Assembly (NCBI GenBank): GCA_035193785.1 | Contig: CP136572.1 | Location: 4,692,578-4,756,577, forward strand | Reading direction: 5' to 3' | From: Planktothrix sp. GU0601_MAG3 | GTDB taxonomy: Bacteria > Cyanobacteriota > Cyanobacteriia > Cyanobacteriales > Microcoleaceae | Length of the DNA: 64,000 nt | Shown here: positions 11,498-22,188 of the stretch, in pieces | How the letters are laid out: every line of letters starts with the position of its first letter | Numbering within the stretch: position 1 is the stretch's first letter | Made by a program: the position numbers and the translations under genes | The notes under the pieces: generated by a model | The model's input: only the letters and a program-made list of their open reading frames with translations | Told to the model about the DNA's origin: nothing | Database searches by the model: none

Positions 11498-11993
11498 TTA
11501 CCGACCAGCATCTTCTGATGTGATCAAGACTCGCTGACCGAACTCTCCAATCTTAACAGACATACCATCGGAAACCACGGAACTCATAACGATCAACAAC
11601 ACCACTGGTTTCAGATTTATTGACTGAAGCAATTTGAAATGTAGGGACATATTTCTTCAGTGCTATCATTACCGCAGGAGGAACTTCACTTTCAGAAATA
11701 TCACGTTCTACTTCTTCAATACCACCATTAGTATAAACATCGACCTCAACTTTCTTCCCGTTTAGAGTGCCTTCAATTTCAATTACGGGTAAGCCATTAT
11801 CTCCCAAATCCCAGTTAGCACTTGTCCATTTGGCATCAGGAAGTACCCGTTTCGCAGAAAGCAAAACTTGAGGAGGAACATCTTTGATCTGAATATCAAC
11901 ATTTTGTGCTGAGGCGGAAAATGTCCCAGTTGTCAATAGTAAGAAACCCGCTAAAATCATTGTCGAACAAAAACCTTTGAATATTTTAAACAT
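11498..11993 (-). CDS. Secreted protein with PepSY-like/beta-lactamase-inhibitor-like repeats; apparent frameshift at GAAAC 11571
   Basis: Signal peptide (FSASAQ); two xVPPxV repeats with IEIEG/YEFRG; repaired C-terminus ends at TAA 11498. Confidence 0.6.
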
Positions 11994-12125
11994 GAATTGC
12001 AGTCCGTAAAAAATCAGGAACTTAGACAATCTACCATGGTTGTATGGGATTTTTTTTAAAATGTATATGCTTAAAAAGCATAGAGCTATAACTATAAAAC
12101 ATACGGATTTTTTTTGGGGGTGTTT

Positions 12126-13014
12126 ATGGAATTACGTCATCTTAAATATTTTGTTGCTGTGGCTGAAGATCTTAACTTCAGTCGTGCTGCTGTAAAGTTA
12201 TATATCTCACAACCGGCGTTAAGTCGCCAAATCAAAGATCTTGAAAATGAACTGAGCGTTATGCTATTTTTAAGACAATCGGATGGATTAAAACTCACAG
12301 AAGCCGGGAAATTTTTTCTCGAACAAGCTCAAGATATTTTGAATCGTAGTTATATTTCTGTGCAAACCATCAAGGCTAATTACACCAATCAAGATCAACC
12401 TTTAGTGATTGGCTATATTCCTACTATCCTCCAGAGTTTTCTAGGTCAAACCCTAAAGAGTTTTGGACTTGCCTATCCTCAAGTTATTGTAAATTTCCGG
12501 GAGATGTCGCCGAGTGAGCAGGTTAAAGCGTTGCGAGATGGTGAGATTGATATTGCATTTATGGGTAATCCACCCGATAATTTAGAAGCAGAATTTATGA
12601 TCAAATGTATTAAGAAAGTGCCTATTGTTGCTCTACTACCCAATCAACATCCCCTGGCGAATCAACCCTCAATTAATCTGGCTGAAACTTGCATCGGAAA
12701 AATTTATCGGGATGTCTGAAGAAACGTTTCCAGGGCGAAATGATCGTATCCATGATGTTTGCCGTTGCGCTGGCTTTACCCCCAATCTACATCTATTTGC
12801 CGATAGTCATGCCTCAATGATTGCTTTGGTTACCACGGGGCAAGGGGTAGCAATTATGCCCAGCGAGGCAGAAGCACTACCCCATCCCCAAACGGTGTTT
12901 GTCAAGCTACACCATCCCCTATACTACGCCCGATCCACTGCCGTTTGGAGGAAAGAAACACCCGCTAAATCTTTAGAGAACTTTCTAACAATTCTGTTGA
13001 AATATGTTCAATAG
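12126..13014 (+). CDS. LysR-family transcriptional regulator; apparent frameshift at GAAAC 12684
   Basis: MELRHLKYFVAVAEDLNFSRAA..ISQPALSRQIKDLE HTH; substrate-binding domain repaired as LAE-LASEKF. Confidence 0.93.
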
Positions 13015-13062
13015 TTTTCTATAATTGTGCTCTACTTAGCTCCTGAATAGCAATCAAACTTT

Positions 13063-14001
13063 ATGATAAAATTAATCAAAAACTCAACTTGGCTAGATTT
13101 AGCAATTGATTTAAGAAACTCGGTTATTTTGGCTATTTGGCGGCGAGTGATAGCGACAATGAGCTTTGCTTTACTGATTACCATTGCCTATCACCAAGGA
13201 TATGCGGTAAATCAACCGATTCTCTCTACTTTAATTCCTGGAATTGTCCTGGGACTATTATTAGTTTTTAGAACAAATACAGCTTATGACAGATTTTGGG
13301 AAGGTTGTAAACTTTGGTATGACTTGATTAATGCTGGTCGAATTTTGTGCCGAAATATTTGGACAATTGTTCCTGAAAATAGCAGTGAAAGCCGAGCAAA
13401 AAAAAATACCCATATCAGATTAGTGGGTATATTAATAATAGCAATTAAATTACATTTAAGAAACGAAAATATTGAGGGTGATATAGCAGCATCAATGACT
13501 CCAGAAGATTATTTAGAACTGCAACGAGTTGATAATATTCCCCTGAGAATTATTAATTGGTTTGCCGAATATTTTCGCCAGCTTTATTATGAAGACCAGG
13601 TAATTCCCTATAGGTTTTTTATTGAATTAAATCGTTCTTTAGACCAAATAATGATGCTACTTAGTGGTTGCGAACGAATTTTAAATACTCCCCTTCCTCG
13701 ACCCTATTCAATTCATCTCAAACATTTATTACTGCTATATTGTTTTGCCTTACCTTTTCAACTTGTAAAAGAACTAGATTGGTTTACTATTCCAGTTGTG
13801 GGAATTATTAGTTTTGCTTTATTAGGAATAGAAGATATTGGTGTGGAAATTGAAAATCCTTTCGGTTATGATCGCAATGACCTACCTTTAGATAGATTTT
13901 GCCAACAACTACAAATTGAAATTGAAACAGAATGGGTTAATTTGGATATTTCTACACCTAAAAATCGTGAGATTATAGAATCAAATAGTCAACGAATTTA
14001 A
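13063..14001 (+). CDS. Bestrophin-family (YneE-like) anion channel
   Basis: LLLVFRTNTAYDRFWEG, CERILNTPLP, EIENPFGYDRNDLPLD. Confidence 0.93.
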   Translation: MIKLIKNSTWLDLAIDLRNSVILAIWRRVIATMSFALLITIAYHQGYAVNQPILSTLIPGIVLGLLLVFRTNTAYDRFWEGCKLWYDLINAGRILCRNIWTIVPENSSESRAKKNTHIRLVGILIIAIKLHLRNENIEGDIAASMTPEDYLELQRVDNIPLRIINWFAEYFRQLYYEDQVIPYRFFIELNRSLDQIMMLLSGCERILNTPLPRPYSIHLKHLLLLYCFALPFQLVKELDWFTIPVVGIISFALLGIEDIGVEIENPFGYDRNDLPLDRFCQQLQIEIETEWVNLDISTPKNREIIESNSQRI

Positions 14002-14092
14002 AGCAATGACCTAACTGAAACCCAGGTTATTATTTATTTCTCCAGGGTTTAGCGGAGATGAATCATCAAATCTAATCAGGATAATCCTAATC

Positions 14093-15442
14093 ATGAACAT
14101 GAAATCATCTTATCCAAATTCACGCATTGAACTTATTGAAACCAGCTTTGAGAAAATCAAGCCCCGGGCGGTCGAATTTGTCGCTAGTTTTTATGAAAAT
14201 CTGTTTGAAGTTTATCCAGAAACTCAACGTTTATTTGAAAAAACCGATATGGATAAGCAAGGAAAAAAACTGCTGAGTTCTCTAATTCTATTAGTCGGAG
14301 GTTTACGCACACCTGAAGCACTGATTCCCGTACTCAAAGATTTAGGTGCTAGACATAAAGGCTATGGCATAATTACAGAATATTATCCCCTGGTGGGTGA
14401 AATTTTACTCAAAACTTTCGCCGATTATTTGCAAGAAGATTGGACTCCCCAAGTCGCACAAGCCTGGCTTGAGATTTATACAAAAACCTCTCAATTAATG
14501 TTAGAAGGTGCCGGGGTAGATGGGGCTGTAAAATCAGAAAAACCGGAAATCAAAGCTACACCCTTTCCCTCATCAACTGGGGAAACGGTCTTCCCCCAAT
14601 ATGGAAGCAGGGGTAGGAAGAAAACTGCACCACAGCAACGGAATTTAACTCAAGTCATTAGACTAATATTAAAACCCCTAAAACTAATTCAAAATAGTTT
14701 TAAATATATTTTCAAACAAATTAATAAATGGTTTTGGGAGTCACCAACCTGGGTAGTAGCCGTTACCATTGCTTTTATGTTAGTGGTCTTAGTTATTTTT
14801 ACACCTAATGATTCGGTACTATCGAAAATTTTATCAGACGTTGAACCAATTAGTATCATCGTGGCTATTATTTTATATGTCAAAGAAATTCCTGACCGAA
14901 AAAAAGAATTTCGATATCAAGCTTGGAGCGTAATTGATGCGGCTAATGGTGTCAAAGTTAGCCCAGCCAGAATTATTGCTTTACAAGATTTGAATGAAGA
15001 TGGAGTTGCTTTAAATAATTTAGAGCTATCCGAAGCAAAATTAGTCAGAATTAATCTTTCTCAAGCAGATTTAAGCGAAGCTAATTTAACGAATGCCGAT
15101 CTAAATCATGCTGATCTGAATCATGCTAATCTGGGAAATGCTTTAATGGCTCGTGTCAACCTGACGGGGGCTAATTTGAGTTATGCTAACTTGGGTTTTG
15201 CTAAACTAAGTTACGCGAATCTGAGTAGTGCTAACCTAAGTTATACTAACCTGATTTGTGCTGATTTAAGAGATGCAAATCTAAGTGGAGCAAATCTCAG
15301 CCATGCGAATCTGAGTGGTGCAGATCTGAAAAATGCTTATTTAACAGGTGCCGACCTCAGAGGTGCGAATATTAGTGAGTACGACTTGCGAGGAGCGTAT
15401 CTCAAAGGTGCTATAATGCCTAATGGTTTAAAACATTCTTAA
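14093..15442 (+). CDS. Globin domain + two TM helices + pentapeptide-repeat fusion protein
   Basis: N-terminal flavohemoglobin-like globin (FYENLF..YP..LF, LGARH..YG, YPLVGE.LL, WTP...QAW); hydrophobic segments; A(N/D)LxxA repeats. Confidence 0.85.
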   Translation: MNMKSSYPNSRIELIETSFEKIKPRAVEFVASFYENLFEVYPETQRLFEKTDMDKQGKKLLSSLILLVGGLRTPEALIPVLKDLGARHKGYGIITEYYPLVGEILLKTFADYLQEDWTPQVAQAWLEIYTKTSQLMLEGAGVDGAVKSEKPEIKATPFPSSTGETVFPQYGSRGRKKTAPQQRNLTQVIRLILKPLKLIQNSFKYIFKQINKWFWESPTWVVAVTIAFMLVVLVIFTPNDSVLSKILSDVEPISIIVAIILYVKEIPDRKKEFRYQAWSVIDAANGVKVSPARIIALQDLNEDGVALNNLELSEAKLVRINLSQADLSEANLTNADLNHADLNHANLGNALMARVNLTGANLSYANLGFAKLSYANLSSANLSYTNLICADLRDANLSGANLSHANLSGADLKNAYLTGADLRGANISEYDLRGAYLKGAIMPNGLKHS

Positions 15443-15502
15443 CCCTAATAATATTTGATCAGTTCTTTTAGCATAAACCCGTAAAAAAAGGAATAAAAAT
15501 TC

Positions 15503-15820
15503 ATGGAATTTAACAAAAATACCCTAGCTCAAACAATGGCTTTTTTACTCTCAATTCCTCCTAAAAGTAATTTAGCTAAGTTACTAAAATTATGCTTAGT
15601 TAGTGATTATAATGGAGAAAGTTTGGGTCAAAATTCTTTGGAAAAAAGCTATGAATTAATTAGTAATCCCTCTAATTTACCCTATTGGATACAGGAAGTT
15701 ATTCAAAGTAATGATAAAATTACACCGGAAGAATGGCAAGCTTTTGGACAAATGAATTTAACACAGACTCAGGATTTTATTAATACTTTATTGGAAGAAT
15801 TAAATAATTTGGAATTGTAA
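15503..15820 (+). CDS. Hypothetical protein, 105 aa
   Basis: AAGGA RBS-like sequence upstream; clean ORF. Confidence 0.7.
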   Translation: MEFNKNTLAQTMAFLLSIPPKSNLAKLLKLCLVSDYNGESLGQNSLEKSYELISNPSNLPYWIQEVIQSNDKITPEEWQAFGQMNLTQTQDFINTLLEELNNLEL

Positions 15821-15920
15821 TATTACTATAATTAGATGATAGAGACTCACGAATCAGAATTTACGCAGCTACGATATGCGTAGCGTAGTAATATAAGTCT
15901 AAAGTTATTTTTAGTCGATT

Positions 15921-16947
15921 ATGTCTCGTTCTAAAGCTTTACAATACTACGTTTTTAGTCGTTTACTGTTAGCCCCCCTAATGCTGTGGACAATTACCAC
16001 GGTGGTTTTTTTGCTGTTACGCGCCACGCCCGGTGACCCGGTGGATGCGATTCTTGGCCCCAGGGCTCCGGCGGCAGCCAAGGAAGCCTTGCGAGCGCAA
16101 TTGGGGTTAAATGGTTTCCCTAGGACAACAATATTTTGACTACATGGGAAAACTCCTGCATCTGGATTTAGGAAACTCCCTCACCAGTCGCGGGGAAACG
16201 GTTTGGCAAATTATTCAAAATCACTTTCCCGCAACGGTTGAACTGTCTTTATTTAGTATGATGGTAGCCTTGGCGGTGGGAATTACCGTTGGGGCGGTGG
16301 CGGCATCCCATCCCGATACAATTTGGGATACGGGGGGCCGTTTATTCGGAATTATTACCTATGCAATTCCTCCTTTTTGGGCGGGGATGTTATTGCAATT
16401 AATTTTTGCGGTGCAGTTGGGTTGGTTTCCCCTGGGGACTCGATTTCCGGTGACAATTCCTACTCCTGAAGGTTGGAGTGGTTTATATACCTTGGATAGT
16501 CTATTTACGGGAAACCTAATGCAATTGGGAGTAGCACTTTATTACCTCTGTTTACCTTCTTTAACTTTGGGTTTATTATTAAGTGGTATTTTTGAAAGAA
16601 TTGTGCGAGTTAACCTCAAACAAACCTTAAAAGCGGATTATGTGGAAGCAGCTAGGGCTAGAGGAATCCCCGAATTAAGGATTGTTTTAGCCCATGCTTT
16701 AAAAAATGCCATGATTCCAGTTATTACGGTGTTGGGTTTGACTTTTGCCGCGTTATTAGGGGGCGCAATTTTAACGGAAGTTACCTTTTCTTGGCCGGGA
16801 TTAGCTAATCGGTTATATGAAGCCATTAGTTTCCGAGATTATCCCACAGTGCAGGGAATTGTTGTCTTTTTCGCGGCTATTGTTGTGGTTGCGAGTATTC
16901 TAATTGATGTTCTCAATGCCTGTATTGATCCGAGAATTAGATATTAA
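15921..16947 (+). CDS. dppB: Peptide/nickel ABC transporter permease (DppB-like); apparent frameshift at GTTTC 16114
   Basis: PGDPVDAILG, PATVEL, DYVEAARARG (EAA loop), TEVTFSWPG. Confidence 0.9.
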
Positions 16948-17828
16948 GAAAGTTGGGGTGATGGGGGAATAGGATTTTGATTCAGTGCGATGGTATCTAG
17001 GGGCAGTTGCAACTGGAATCCATCGACTTTTTCAATTCGATTTTTCGCAATTTCACAATATTCTGGACTAATATCAATCCCGATAAAATTTCTCCCCATT
17101 TGTTGAGCAACTTTGCAAGTTGTCCCACTTCCACACATCGGATCAAGAATCAAATCCCCGGCATTTGACCAAGAATAAATATGATCCCGTGCTAATTCAC
17201 AGGGAAAGGGTGCGGGGTGATTTTTTGCTTCTTGATCTTCGAGATTTTTTCCCACAACATATTCCCAAATATTCCCTTTAATTTTTTGATTCTTTACAGG
17301 ATTTGCCATTTTTGAACGTTTTTGATCAGCTTTTGAATAATTTTTATAGGTTGTGCCATTAAGTTCTAATCCGGCGTGTAAACAGTCGATCATCAAGGCG
17401 TTATGGGTAGTAACCTGACCTTTGCTGAAAACAAACATATATTCAAATTCATTACTATATCTCCGTCGATAAATTTGGGGAATGGGATTTCTTTTTTTAA
17501 AGATCATAGTATCATGAAGATTAAAACCAATTTCTTTAAAGAAGATCGCTTGTTTAAAGCTAGTTCCGGTTTCGCTTCCCTCAATGGTGGCGTCAGCAAC
17601 TACCCAAACTATCACCCCCCCTGGTTTAACAATACGGTATAGTTCTCTAGCAATATCTTCAAAGGGAAATACAAAACCTTTATATTTTCTCAGGTTATCA
17701 TAGGGGGGGGAAGTTAACACCATATCAATACAGTTATTCTCGAAGTTTTGCATCACTTCGATACAATCTCCTTGGAATATTTTATTAATAAATTCGGTAA
17801 TAGTCATCGAGCTTAAATTTTTGATCAT
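16944..17828 (-). CDS. Orphan beta-class DNA methyltransferase (N4-C/N6-A type)
   Basis: Motif IV TSPPY precedes HPAPFP and motif I LDPMCGSGTT; no adjacent endonuclease. Confidence 0.9.
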   Translation of the reverse strand: MIKNLSSMTITEFINKIFQGDCIEVMQNFENNCIDMVLTSPPYDNLRKYKGFVFPFEDIARELYRIVKPGGVIVWVVADATIEGSETGTSFKQAIFFKEIGFNLHDTMIFKKRNPIPQIYRRRYSNEFEYMFVFSKGQVTTHNALMIDCLHAGLELNGTTYKNYSKADQKRSKMANPVKNQKIKGNIWEYVVGKNLEDQEAKNHPAPFPCELARDHIYSWSNAGDLILDPMCGSGTTCKVAQQMGRNFIGIDISPEYCEIAKNRIEKVDGFQLQLPLDTIALNQNPIPPSPQLS

Positions 17829-17936
17829 TATCCTAATATAACCCACCCCTATTCTTAACTATACTATTCCAAAATTTGTCTCGAAAATGGATAGTTTTGA
17901 TAAACTGGGGAATGAGCGATCGCTATAATGATTATT

Positions 17937-18171
17937 ATGGAAAGTCAACCCAGGGAGATTCAACGTTATGAGGGCAATTTAGGGGATTATCGTTTCTGTT
18001 GGTGAAGGAGTATTTGAATTTAAAATTAATTATGGCCCGGGCTACCGGGTTTATTTTGGACAAGTCGGGTTCACCGTAATTTTGTTGCTCTGTGGTGGAG
18101 ATAAAAGCACTCAGCAAAAAGATATTCAAAAAGCAAAAGAATACTGGAGAGACTACCATGCAAGACGTTAA
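17937..18171 (+). pseudogene. RelE/ParE-type addiction-module killer (HI1419-like) with internal deletion; not in ORF track
   Basis: MESQPREIQRY-EGNLGDYRSVGEGVFEFKINYGPGYRVYFGQ..LLLCGGDKSTQQKDI after repairing GTTTC 17992; the usual PF.EW..L.D..A..I..RL segment is absent. Confidence 0.8.
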
Positions 18172-18496
18172 AACTCCCATTACTGATAGTTATCATAATT
18201 ATTTAATTGAATCTCTCAAAGATCCACAAGAAGCAGCAGCTTATCTGGAAGTTGCTTTAGAAGAAGGTAACGATCAACCTCAATTATTAAAAAAAGTCAT
18301 TACCAATATTATAGAAGCTCAGTCTCAACTTGATCAAAGTTTTGATTTAGATCAAATGAATCGAGAAAAAGTTGATAAAGTTTTAACATCAATCACTTGT
18401 ACACAAATTTATACTTTTGTTGAATTACTTAATATTTTAGGGTTTAAAATCTCAATTCAGGTGAAAGAAACAGAAATAGAAGGAGATGCGGAATAA
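18158..18496 (+). CDS. Addiction-module antidote protein
   Basis: YLIESLKDPQEAAAYLEVALEE motif; start overlaps the toxin stop. Confidence 0.8.
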   Translation: MQDVKTPITDSYHNYLIESLKDPQEAAAYLEVALEEGNDQPQLLKKVITNIIEAQSQLDQSFDLDQMNREKVDKVLTSITCTQIYTFVELLNILGFKISIQVKETEIEGDAE

Positions 18497-18652
18497 TCGA
18501 TCTTGAAAAAGTCTGGGCGGGTTTAGAAACATCAATTGTGAGTGATAAAGCTCTGAATAAACCCGCCCCTACAACTGATTTTATATTAGCATCTCGGCGC
18601 GGATTGCTCTATACTAAAAGTCTGTTTATAATTTGTTGATTTATTCTTACCT

Positions 18653-19580
18653 ATGTCCTTAAAAAGACGTCAATTTCTATTGTTAGCGAGCTTGAGTGCT
18701 GCTGGTTTTATCGGATTGGGAAACTACTCGAAAAATCCTGAGCTTTCCTGAGATTTCTGAACAACAAATTTCTAGGGGAGACGGTGCAATGCACGCCATC
18801 GCATCTGATCTTAAAGATAAACCCCTATTTTGTTTTGTGACTATTGGAGATACGGGAACGGGAGAAAAAGGACAATATGAAGTGGCAAAGGCAATGGTTA
18901 GCTATTATCAAAATCATCCTTTTCAAGTGGTTACTTTACTCGGAGATAATATTTATACTAATGGTGAAATTGAAAAAATTAAGGATGTATTTGAAAAACC
19001 CTATCAATATTTACTGGAACAAAAAGTTAAATTTTATGCCTGTTTAGGCAACCATGATATTAGAACAGAAAACGGTAATCGACAGGTGACTTATCCTTTA
19101 TTTAATATGCAGGGTCGTTACTATACGTTTAAATATGATCCTGTACAATTTTTCGTTTTAGATGCGAATGATCATGCCGATTGGGACAAACAAATACCTT
19201 GGTTAGAAGACCAACTTCAACGGAGTCAAACACCTTGGAAAATTGTTTATAGTCATTTTCCCATGTATTCTTCTGGGTTATATGGTGTGAACCCAGCATT
19301 GATTAATCGCTTAACTCCTTTATTTAAAAAATATGGCGTGCAACTGTATATGAATGGTCATGAACACCATTATGAACGTACCCAACCCATTAATGGTACA
19401 ACCTATTTAGTTAATGGTAATGGCGGGGCAAATATTCGCCCCGTAGGAAGTTCAGAGTGGACAGCAACTGCCGCCTCAACCCTGGGATTTACTGCGATTG
19501 AAGTTTATGCAGATCGGATGGTAATTCAAGCAATTGATACGAATGATCAAGTATTTGATCAAGGAATCATTCGTTTATAA
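18653..19580 (+). CDS. Tat-exported metallophosphoesterase (purple acid phosphatase-like); apparent frameshift at GAAAC 18720
   Basis: MSLKRRQFLLLA twin-arginine signal from ATG 18653; GDTG, GDNIY, GNHD, GHEH motifs. Confidence 0.9.
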
Positions 19581-19612
19581 ACCAATAGTAAACAGTAATC
19601 AGTCATCAGTTT

Positions 19613-19778
19613 ATTACCCATCACTCATTACCCATTACCCATTACCCATCACTCATTACCCATTACCCATCACTCATTACCCATCACTCATTACCCATTA
19701 CCCATTACCCATTACCCATTACCCATTACCCATCACTCATTACCCATTACCCATTACCCATTACCCATTACCCATCAC
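19613..19778. repeat. CCCATTA/CCCATCA heptamer tandem repeat between convergent genes
   Basis: About 23 units directly visible. Confidence 0.95.
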
Positions 19779-22180
19779 CTATTTATCAATAACCAGCAAG
19801 GCTAAAACTTTATCAAACTGGAAGTTATCAACTAAAGAGGTTAGAACCTGGGTTAAAACTACACTTTCAGGAGGGATTTGTTGGAGTAAAATTATAATTT
19901 CAGTATCACTACATTGAGAGGCATATTCACGGAGTCTTTCTATCCATTGGGCAGGCATTTTTGCCAAGTGTAACTTAATGTCTTCAGTCGGTAAAGTTTC
20001 CGATTTTTCCGAGTGCCCAGATGTTCTATTTTTCCCTTCTTGATAAATATATTGAAACCTGGAGATGTTGCTTAACTTTTTCTAAGAGGTTTTCCTTCTG
20101 GAATGGTTTGCGAATAAAATCATCACAGCCCGCCGCCAAAAGCATCGCCCTATCTTCTTCAAAAGCACTAGCGGTCAGCGCAATAATCAGAGTTTTGTGA
20201 GTGAGTAAATCGGCTTTAATCATTTGGGTGGCTTTTAATCCATTCATCACGGGCATCCGCATATCCATAAAAATTAAATCGGGTTTCCAAGTCTGGAAAA
20301 GTTCGATCGCTTGTAGACCATTTTCTGCTTCCTTGACCTGAAAACCTACGCCATTCAGAATTTCTGATAGGAGCAGGCGACTTTCTAAAACATCATCAAC
20401 GGCCAAAATTTTATAGCTGGGTTGTTGGGGTGCTAAATGAAGGATAGGGGGGTAAGAGAGTGAAGACTGAGGGATTGCAGATTCCACCGGTTGCACGACA
20501 ATTTCAAAAGTAAAAATTGTTCCCTGATTAACAACACTTTGTACCTTAATATCTCCTCCCATTAATTGAATAAATTTACGACTAATGGCTAGACCTAATC
20601 CGGTTCCTTCATGGTGTTTTCGCCCGGTTTCTGTTTGGGCAAAAGCTTTAAATAAATGACTAATTTCTTCTGGAGAAATCCCTAAACCGGTATCTTCTAT
20701 ATCAAAAATAATTACCGATTGATCGGCTTTATTTTCGGGTTTTAATTTAGCCCGCAGGGTCACGGAACCCACTTGAGTAAATTTCAGGGCATTGCCTAAA
20801 ATATTAATTAAAACTTGACGTAATTTTCCTTCGTCGGTCTGGACAAAATCAGGAGTATTGGGGGAGATTTCAAAAACCAGGTTTAATCCTTTTTTTGAGG
20901 CTTGAATTTGGAGAATATTTTGTAAGTTATTCAGAAAGGAAATAAGATTAAAGTCGGTTTTATTTAAGGTGACTCTACCCGCTTCAATTTTAGACATTTC
21001 TAAAATATCATTAATTAATTCTAAAAGATGACTACCCGCCCGGTTAATAATTTCTACATAATGTTGATAGTCCGGTTTGAGAGATAAATCATGATTCATT
21101 AATTGGGCAAAACCTAAAATTGCATTCAGGGGCGTTCTTAATTCATGGCTCATATTGGCAAGAAATTCACTTTTAGCTCGGCTGGCAATATCGGCGGCAT
21201 TCACGGCTTTTTGTAGGGCTAATTCTGCTTTTTTACGCTCGATAATTTCAGCTTTTGCCTGTTCAAATAGAGTGGATTGTTGCACCGCGATCGCTAACTG
21301 AATACTAATGTGTTGAATTGATTCAATTTCTGACTGATGCCACTTTCTGGGCTTTTGGCAATTGTGGGCGATCAGAAATCCCCAAAGGCTTGAATCTTTG
21401 ACAATGGGAACTAACAGTTTAGCTTGAACTTTTAACTGACGTAAAATATTTTCTAAAGCCGGTGCCATTGTGACTTGATTAATGTCTTCAATTAAAAGGA
21501 ATTTTTCTTGATAATCATAATATTGAAACTCGCCTATAAAAATTTCTTCCGGGAAAATTTGACCTTTAATACTCGGCCATCCCGGTTCCACTGATTCCGT
21601 AATTGCGCTACGATTTCCATTGGATAAAATCTGGTAAATCAACACCCGATCCACAGATAAAAACTCACGAACTTCTTCCACCGCCGTCGTCAAAATCTCC
21701 TCTAGGTTGAGGGAAGATCGGATACGCTCTTGAATTTTATTCTCCGCCTTCAATAAAGAGTTTTGTTGACTCAGAATATGAGATAGTCTCGATATTTTTA
21801 GCTGATTTTTAACTCGTGTTTCTACTTCTTCTAATTCAAAAGGTTTGGTAATATAGTCATTTCCCCCCACAGAAAAAGCCTTAACTTTATCAGAAAGTTG
21901 GTCTTTAGCACTAATAAAAATAATCGGAATATTACGGGTTTGTTTCATGGGCTTTTAATTGGGAACAAACCTCATAGCCATCCGGTGGCGGCATCATAAT
22001 ATCCAGTAAAATTAGATCGGGAGGATCTTCTAAAGCCGATCGAATGGCAAAGTTACCATCCCTGGACAGCCGAACATTATAGCCACAACCACTCAAAAAA
22101 GTATCCAATAAACGCAAATTATCGACCGTATCATCTACTACTAAGATATTGGCAGTTTGTTCGGCGTTAGAAATACTCAT
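19779..22180 (-). CDS. Hybrid sensor kinase REC-GAF-HisKA-HATPase-REC; apparent frameshifts at 21942 and 20054
   Basis: ILVVDD..LLDIMMP, GAF (VDRVLIY..WGFLIAHNC), FLANMSHELRTPLN, GTGLGL, second REC; three ORFs join after removing one base at each site. Confidence 0.9.
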
Positions 22181-22188
22181 TGTTGCAT

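Noticed and set aside
18515..18572. GGGCGGGTTT...AAACCCGCCC inverted repeat as a novel ncRNA
   Set aside because: Looks like a common REP-type element with degenerate relatives near 11415 and 47991; no evidence for a distinct RNA
19534..19917. ITHYPLP-repeat ORF (similarly 57351-57608)
   Set aside because: Translation of heptamer STRR tracts; overlaps real genes
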